Virus record (IMG/VR): IMGVR_UViG_3300020414_002934
Span: 1-31,492 of that record
Direction: 5' to 3' (one strand)
DNA: 31,492 nt
From: a virus
Lineage: Duplodnaviria; Caudoviricetes
In this document: positions 26,982 through 31,492 of the stretch, in pieces
How positions within the stretch are numbered: the first letter of the stretch is position 1
Layout: every line of letters begins with the position of its first letter
The notes under the pieces: model-generated
Told to the model about the DNA's origin: nothing
Database searches by the model: none
What the model saw: only the letters and a program-made list of their open reading frames with translations
Translations under genes and position numbers: made by a program

Positions 26982-28651
26982 GCTAGCCTCTTAAATAATT
27001 CACTCACAATTAGAGTTCGATTATACTTTAAGAACTCTTCGATTGTTTCCACTCTAAATTTACCACCAAGTTGTCTTATAGACTTAGGTGGAGTGGATGG
27101 ATCGAAGATGTCCTTTATTTCTTTATATATCTCTTCCCATCCATCCATCTTTATTATAACACAAAAACACTGCTTTGTAAATAGGGAAGGTGAACAAACA
27201 TCATCAAAAATTGGATAAAGATTACGCAATAGCCAATTTGATGCATTATTCATAAACCACATTTCCATCATATCTTCTTTGGTAAATGAGTTACATGATA
27301 GTATGGTTTTGAAATATGTTTTCTTTTGTTTATATAAACTATGCCAGTTATCACTACCATCTTCATCCACGATATCAGTATAGACTTCCACTGTCTGGAT
27401 GTTATGTAGTTTTTTGTAAGATTCTGAATTTAATCGTGAATCAGGTAGAAACATATAATCATGTCTAAATGAACTCCATGCTTGAAAATTCCATATCACT
27501 TCCATTTCGTCATAAAAATCTTGTATTGTAGAACCTGGCATTGCTAATATAAGTTCAAGAGCTGGTATAGGAAATCCTTCTTCACTACATCTTTGATTGA
27601 TATATCTACTTAGTTCTAGTTTATCGTTATTTGATAAATCAATTCTATCAGCCATCTTCATAGCTGTATCACTAATACTTTGTATGGACACTGTTGGTAC
27701 TACTGAAACATATTCAGTTTCTCCCCACATATCAGTACCACCTTGAGCCTTTGAATGTTTTTCTGGACCTGTACCTACAATATTAAACCAACGATCAATA
27801 AGACGTTTTCGCCTTTTTAAATCTTTTGACTTCATAGTAGAAATATCAGTAAGGTTAAATTTATTGGTCCAAGCAAATTCAAATATTTCTAGATCCCTAT
27901 CTTCAAAGGCACCAAAATTAGCATCAGTTAAATAGGCATCTCGGTATCCAGCTTTTTTCAAAGCCATGACATCACGTTTTACTATTGACACGTCTTTTTT
28001 ATAGATCTTAGTATTAATACCTCCACCCCACTCGCAAAAGACACATTTATATGGACAACCTCTTGTAGTTTCAAGAACTATAAAAGGTTCCATTTTGTTT
28101 TCCCATGCATAATTAACTGATTCTTTTAAATAATCAAAGTGCTCTTCATATACAGAATAATCTTCGGTAGATAAATCATGAATGCGACCTTTACCATTAC
28201 GAAGTTCCCATGCTATATTTTGTGGGTCTAATCTGTCTTCAATATAGCAATCAATAAGGTCTTCCATAAAAGGTTCACCTGGTTTTGTAGGCTCACAAAT
28301 ATAATCATAAAACCATCTTTGTTTTAGTAACTCAGGTTCGTTTGTTCCAATATGTGGACCACCAAGTACTAAAATTTTATCAGGATATTCTTCTTTTATT
28401 TGTTTAGCGATGCCATCCACAATTGTATAGTTCCAGGCGTAGGAGCTGAACATGATGACATCAGCAGGCATAATCTCTCTGATGACTTCATTGTGTGATT
28501 CGTACTTGTTCCATTTGTACGGGGCTGGAAGAAACTTAACTTGATCTGCATAACGGCCTCTGTGCTTATAGTGACTCTGTATTAATAGGTAGGTCACATT
28601 ATTCGCTAGTGACCAGTCAGCGTGCGGTGGATTTATAAATGCTATCTGCAT
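26978..28651 (-). CDS. Cobalamin (B12)-binding radical SAM protein
   Basis: N-terminal B12-binding-like domain (FSSYAWN...ILVLGGPH...GE), then ETTRGCPYKCVFCEWG, TDANFG, SIQS and ELILAMPG.T. Probable start is MQIAFINPP at 28651; the ORF track starts at 28681. Confidence 0.88.
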   Translation of the reverse strand: MQIAFINPPHADWSLANNVTYLLIQSHYKHRGRYADQVKFLPAPYKWNKYESHNEVIREIMPADVIMFSSYAWNYTIVDGIAKQIKEEYPDKILVLGGPHIGTNEPELLKQRWFYDYICEPTKPGEPFMEDLIDCYIEDRLDPQNIAWELRNGKGRIHDLSTEDYSVYEEHFDYLKESVNYAWENKMEPFIVLETTRGCPYKCVFCEWGGGINTKIYKKDVSIVKRDVMALKKAGYRDAYLTDANFGAFEDRDLEIFEFAWTNKFNLTDISTMKSKDLKRRKRLIDRWFNIVGTGPEKHSKAQGGTDMWGETEYVSVVPTVSIQSISDTAMKMADRIDLSNNDKLELSRYINQRCSEEGFPIPALELILAMPGSTIQDFYDEMEVIWNFQAWSSFRHDYMFLPDSRLNSESYKKLHNIQTVEVYTDIVDEDGSDNWHSLYKQKKTYFKTILSCNSFTKEDMMEMWFMNNASNWLLRNLYPIFDDVCSPSLFTKQCFCVIIKMDGWEEIYKEIKDIFDPSTPPKSIRQLGGKFRVETIEEFLKYNRTLIVSELFKRLA

Positions 28652-29636
28652 ATCTAAAAGTCGCCTTAAAAACGCATTCACTCATATCTTGTTCTATATG
28701 TTTATAGTCTTCTTTAATAAAACAAGATAAAGGACAACGTTGAAAAAATTCACATTCAAAACAATTATACTTATCTAAAAAATTCTCAACAATTACTGGT
28801 CCACCCAATTCAGGTGTTTGAGCCTCTTTCAAAAAGACAGCACCAGAACATCCTTCTGGCTTAGCGCCATCAGGCATAATAGTTAAAGAGTTACCTCTTG
28901 TACATATCATTTTGTTTGCTGGTTTGTCATTAACGAAATGATCTATATTCAAACACCTAGGGTATTTATTCACTAACACCTTATAGAATTCAAATAAATC
29001 TCTTTCACTAGGCATTAAAACTCTTGAGGTAGCTACACTTGGTAGGAAGTGATCAAAGTCACAGGTATAGTTAGTATAAAGAGCTTCAAATATTTGATCG
29101 CCTTCAATAATTTTATCTATGTTTTGTTTGGTTGCTACAAGAGAAACCATTTGAATATAGTCTTGAAAATATCTTATATTGCGTGTAAACTTATCTAAAT
29201 CACTTTTACTAAATCGGCCTGCAGGGTCATAACTTATAGAAAATTTTAGATCATTCCGAGCTAAAAAATACATAACCTCAGTGACATTATCAAAACATAA
29301 GTTAGTAATAAAATTAAAATATATGTCTGCTTCAGTTTGTTCGTCAATAGCTTTTATAAAATCTTCATACGTATCTATGAAGCCATCATCAATCCATCTA
29401 TCTTGAAATAGCTCACCACCCATAATATGAATTTTGTAAGATTGTTTTCTTGGATTATTATTGATCCATTCGACAATAGGATCAACCTTAGCCATTATCT
29501 CATCATGACTAGCACCAAGTATAGATTTATGATCTTGTGGACAGAAGACGCACTTAAGATTACAGTGCTCAAATAGACATACAACTATTTCACCATAACG
29601 AACGACTTTTGCATCAATAATATCATATATGTCCAT
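28617..29636 (-). CDS. Radical SAM protein with SPASM-like C-terminus
   Basis: FEHCNLKCVFC, MGGE, ITN and ISYD..GRF motifs. C-terminal C...G.....C ... CFECEFFQRCPLSC (Cx2Cx5Cx3C) ... C. Confidence 0.9.
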   Translation of the reverse strand: MDIYDIIDAKVVRYGEIVVCLFEHCNLKCVFCPQDHKSILGASHDEIMAKVDPIVEWINNNPRKQSYKIHIMGGELFQDRWIDDGFIDTYEDFIKAIDEQTEADIYFNFITNLCFDNVTEVMYFLARNDLKFSISYDPAGRFSKSDLDKFTRNIRYFQDYIQMVSLVATKQNIDKIIEGDQIFEALYTNYTCDFDHFLPSVATSRVLMPSERDLFEFYKVLVNKYPRCLNIDHFVNDKPANKMICTRGNSLTIMPDGAKPEGCSGAVFLKEAQTPELGGPVIVENFLDKYNCFECEFFQRCPLSCFIKEDYKHIEQDMSECVFKATFRYADSIYKSTAR

Positions 29637-30772
29637 TACATTATAGCGTATTGTTCTCTAAAGTCTTTATTACCGTCTAACAGTGCTTGTACAAAATAGT
29701 GATTTACAGTCTCTAAATCAATGGAGAAGAATGAACCTGCTGCATGCTCATAAGTAGCTTCGGTTTTAATAATCATATCAAGCTGCTTATCAGTCATTTC
29801 AGATCCACGAATACACTCAATAAAGTCTAGTTTACCAATGTCTGACTTTACATATTCATACTGGCTTTCCTGCCAATTTGCACCAGCCAACTTAGCAAAC
29901 TTAGCAATTGACTTAATATGTTTATCAGTAATTCCTGCAAAATTTACGTTTTTACCAGAAGTTGGTCGACTCATATATGGTTGGTTCCAAATATTTTTAT
30001 TTAAAAATAGACTTGGAAATTCAGATTTGTCTTTTAAGATCTCATCATAATTTGTAAAGTCATATGTCTTATCAAGGTCAAGTGTTTCAGTAAATCTCTT
30101 TGTAAGGATATGAACAAAAAATGTTTCTTTAAGTTCATACAAATACTTTTCAAGGTCCTTTTTAACTAAGATGCGCATTACTGTTTTTAGTTCTTTTTTG
30201 CATTTGCCATTAGCAAGATATGTTGCCAATAGATATTCTAAACTTATGGATGATTTATTTTCTGTCAAAAACTTTTTTCTACGTTCGGCTGATGGCTTTT
30301 GCGCACCATCAAAAATCTTACCAAAGCCTTCAATATTAATTTCATATGGTTCATCTGTATTACCGTTATTAGAAGTAAATCTGCCTTGGCCAAATAGTTT
30401 GTGTTTGAATACCATTGACTCCAAAAGATCTACTGCAGCAGATTTATTAGTTTTCTTAAATATCATTCTAAACCATAATGCCATAACCTTCATAAATGCT
30501 TGATGGTCACAGTAAATAACAACTCTTTTACCGTGCTTATCAGTATGATCTCCTAACTTATCAAACATATCTACTGTGTCTACGTATGGTAGATTTTTTG
30601 ATCCTATTAGGTTTTTAACTTCTTTAGCAAAAGCTAAAAGTGTACCTGGTTGTGAAGCCTTAAGTGATTCTAAAAGGTCAACGCCATGTTCTCTCGAAAT
30701 TACTACTCGATCAAATGATACATCAATATTGTTATCTGGTGCTACGTAGACCTTTTTAAATAGATGTAGCAT
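29636..30772 (-). CDS. Hypothetical protein of the radical SAM cluster (378 aa)
   Basis: Long ORF with TAATG coupling to the downstream rSAM gene. MLHLFKKVYV start and VVIYCD segment; no family recognised. Confidence 0.7.
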   Translation of the reverse strand: MLHLFKKVYVAPDNNIDVSFDRVVISREHGVDLLESLKASQPGTLLAFAKEVKNLIGSKNLPYVDTVDMFDKLGDHTDKHGKRVVIYCDHQAFMKVMALWFRMIFKKTNKSAAVDLLESMVFKHKLFGQGRFTSNNGNTDEPYEINIEGFGKIFDGAQKPSAERRKKFLTENKSSISLEYLLATYLANGKCKKELKTVMRILVKKDLEKYLYELKETFFVHILTKRFTETLDLDKTYDFTNYDEILKDKSEFPSLFLNKNIWNQPYMSRPTSGKNVNFAGITDKHIKSIAKFAKLAGANWQESQYEYVKSDIGKLDFIECIRGSEMTDKQLDMIIKTEATYEHAAGSFFSIDLETVNHYFVQALLDGNKDFREQYAIM

Positions 30773-31427
30773 TCTTGTTCTCCTGTAATGTTCCGGTAGC
30801 GATACCGTGTGTTAATAGAAACATGGGATTGTTTTCATTTGCCCAGTAACTATATAAGTTGTTTCCCTTAAACATATATTCATTAAAATATGATTTGTAA
30901 AAAGTTTTATGGTCATCAATTACGTTTCCATAAAACTGAAAAAATCTTTCATGGTTTAAAAGAGATACCCAATTAATTCCAGTTAAATCTTTTGTATCAT
31001 CTTCTGGAAACGATTCAACATAATCTTTAAACTCTACAGAATTTACTGTGTAAAGGTTATAAAGTGAAAGTGAATCAAGTTTTTTTGCCCAAGACTTAAG
31101 TATATCTACATTGGCATCAATAAATTCTTTTTCGGTTGGTTCAACTAAACCTTTCATTTGCAATAAAAGTTCTGTAACTCTTTCTTTTAGAATTGGTATG
31201 TCTACAATAAAGTTTGCCTCAAGGTAGTGCTTAGTCATCTCATCAAAACCTTCTTGTGTGGTAAATCCAATATCGCATGGAATTTCTAGGTTACCCAGAT
31301 ATGTAAGCAGTTTTGGTCCTTGAAGAGTAGAATCCTCATAATGGATCATATAAAAAGTTTCTTTATTACTAAAAAATAATTTAAGCTCCGATATATCGAT
31401 AGGAGCAGTTGTCTCAATTATATTCAT
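30756..31427 (-). CDS. Hypothetical protein of the radical SAM cluster (223 aa)
   Basis: TAATG-coupled to the upstream Cys-His-repeat ORF. ETTAPI...LK.FF and LLTYLGNL.IPCD segments. Confidence 0.7.
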   Translation of the reverse strand: MNIIETTAPIDISELKLFFSNKETFYMIHYEDSTLQGPKLLTYLGNLEIPCDIGFTTQEGFDEMTKHYLEANFIVDIPILKERVTELLLQMKGLVEPTEKEFIDANVDILKSWAKKLDSLSLYNLYTVNSVEFKDYVESFPEDDTKDLTGINWVSLLNHERFFQFYGNVIDDHKTFYKSYFNEYMFKGNNLYSYWANENNPMFLLTHGIATGTLQENKNATSI

Positions 31428-31492
31428 TATCTTCTTCCTCTAGAGCTATGGCATGAACTATGGCATGAAGCGTGGCATACATCAATTTGAAT
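31427..31492 (-). CDS. 3' end of an ORF with a C-terminal (C-H-x-S)3 repeat; candidate radical SAM substrate or precursor
   Basis: Hand translation: ...IQIDVCHASCHSSCHSSRGRR*. The TAA at 31429-31427 overlaps the next ATG. The 5' part lies outside the window. Confidence 0.75.
   Translation of the reverse strand: MQIDVCHASCHSSCHSSRGRR
31446..31478. repeat. Imperfect 12-bp tandem repeat encoding CHxS
   Basis: Plus strand reads ctatggcatgaa ctatggcatgaa gcgtggcat. Confidence 0.8.

Noticed and set aside
24085-30503. Short plus-strand ORFs within the rSAM cluster as possible precursor peptides
   Set aside because: All are antisense to cluster genes and show no repeated core motif; the CHxS ORF is the better candidate.
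31446-31478. 12-bp repeats as a possible CRISPR array or operator array
   Set aside because: No spacers; the variation is at codon level and fits a coding repeat.
22359-31492. The cluster as a 7-deazaguanine or other DNA-modification pathway
   Set aside because: No recognisable QueC, QueD, FolE, DpdA or nucleotide kinase; SPASM-like tails and a Cys/His repeat ORF favour peptide or protein substrates. Not fully excluded without searches.
1-31492. tRNA, rRNA or Rho-independent terminators
   Set aside because: Intergenic gaps are very short, and no cloverleaf or convincing hairpin-plus-U-tract was seen by eye.

Overview
Segment of a T4-like myovirus genome whose gene content resembles marine T4-like phages. 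Bases 1-22357 are a tail/baseplate morphogenesis module. On the minus strand: a truncated hydrophobic tape-measure-like gene, an EF-hand membrane protein, gp51, gp26, a gp54/gp19-like gene, gp2 and gp4. On the plus strand: gp48, gp53, a gp27-like hub, gp5, PAAR gp5.4, gp25, gp6, gp7-like, gp8, a 1762-aa VrlC/DUF4815-like protein and a fibre with a C-terminal chaperone domain. Several TATAAATA late promoters are present. Bases 22359-31492 are a convergent, tightly packed minus-strand cluster: three radical SAM enzymes with SPASM-like C-termini, one cobalamin-binding radical SAM, three 2OG-Fe(II) oxygenases and five unknown ORFs. It is preceded at the window edge by the 3' end of an ORF missing from the ORF track, ending ...VCHASCHSSCHSSRGRR*. 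This is a candidate RiPP-like or virion-protein modification substrate. A second hidden signal is a candidate -1 frameshift (T TTT TTC plus a hairpin) that would fuse gp26 to gp51 upstream of the tape-measure gene. All product calls come from motif recognition and synteny; no searches were run.
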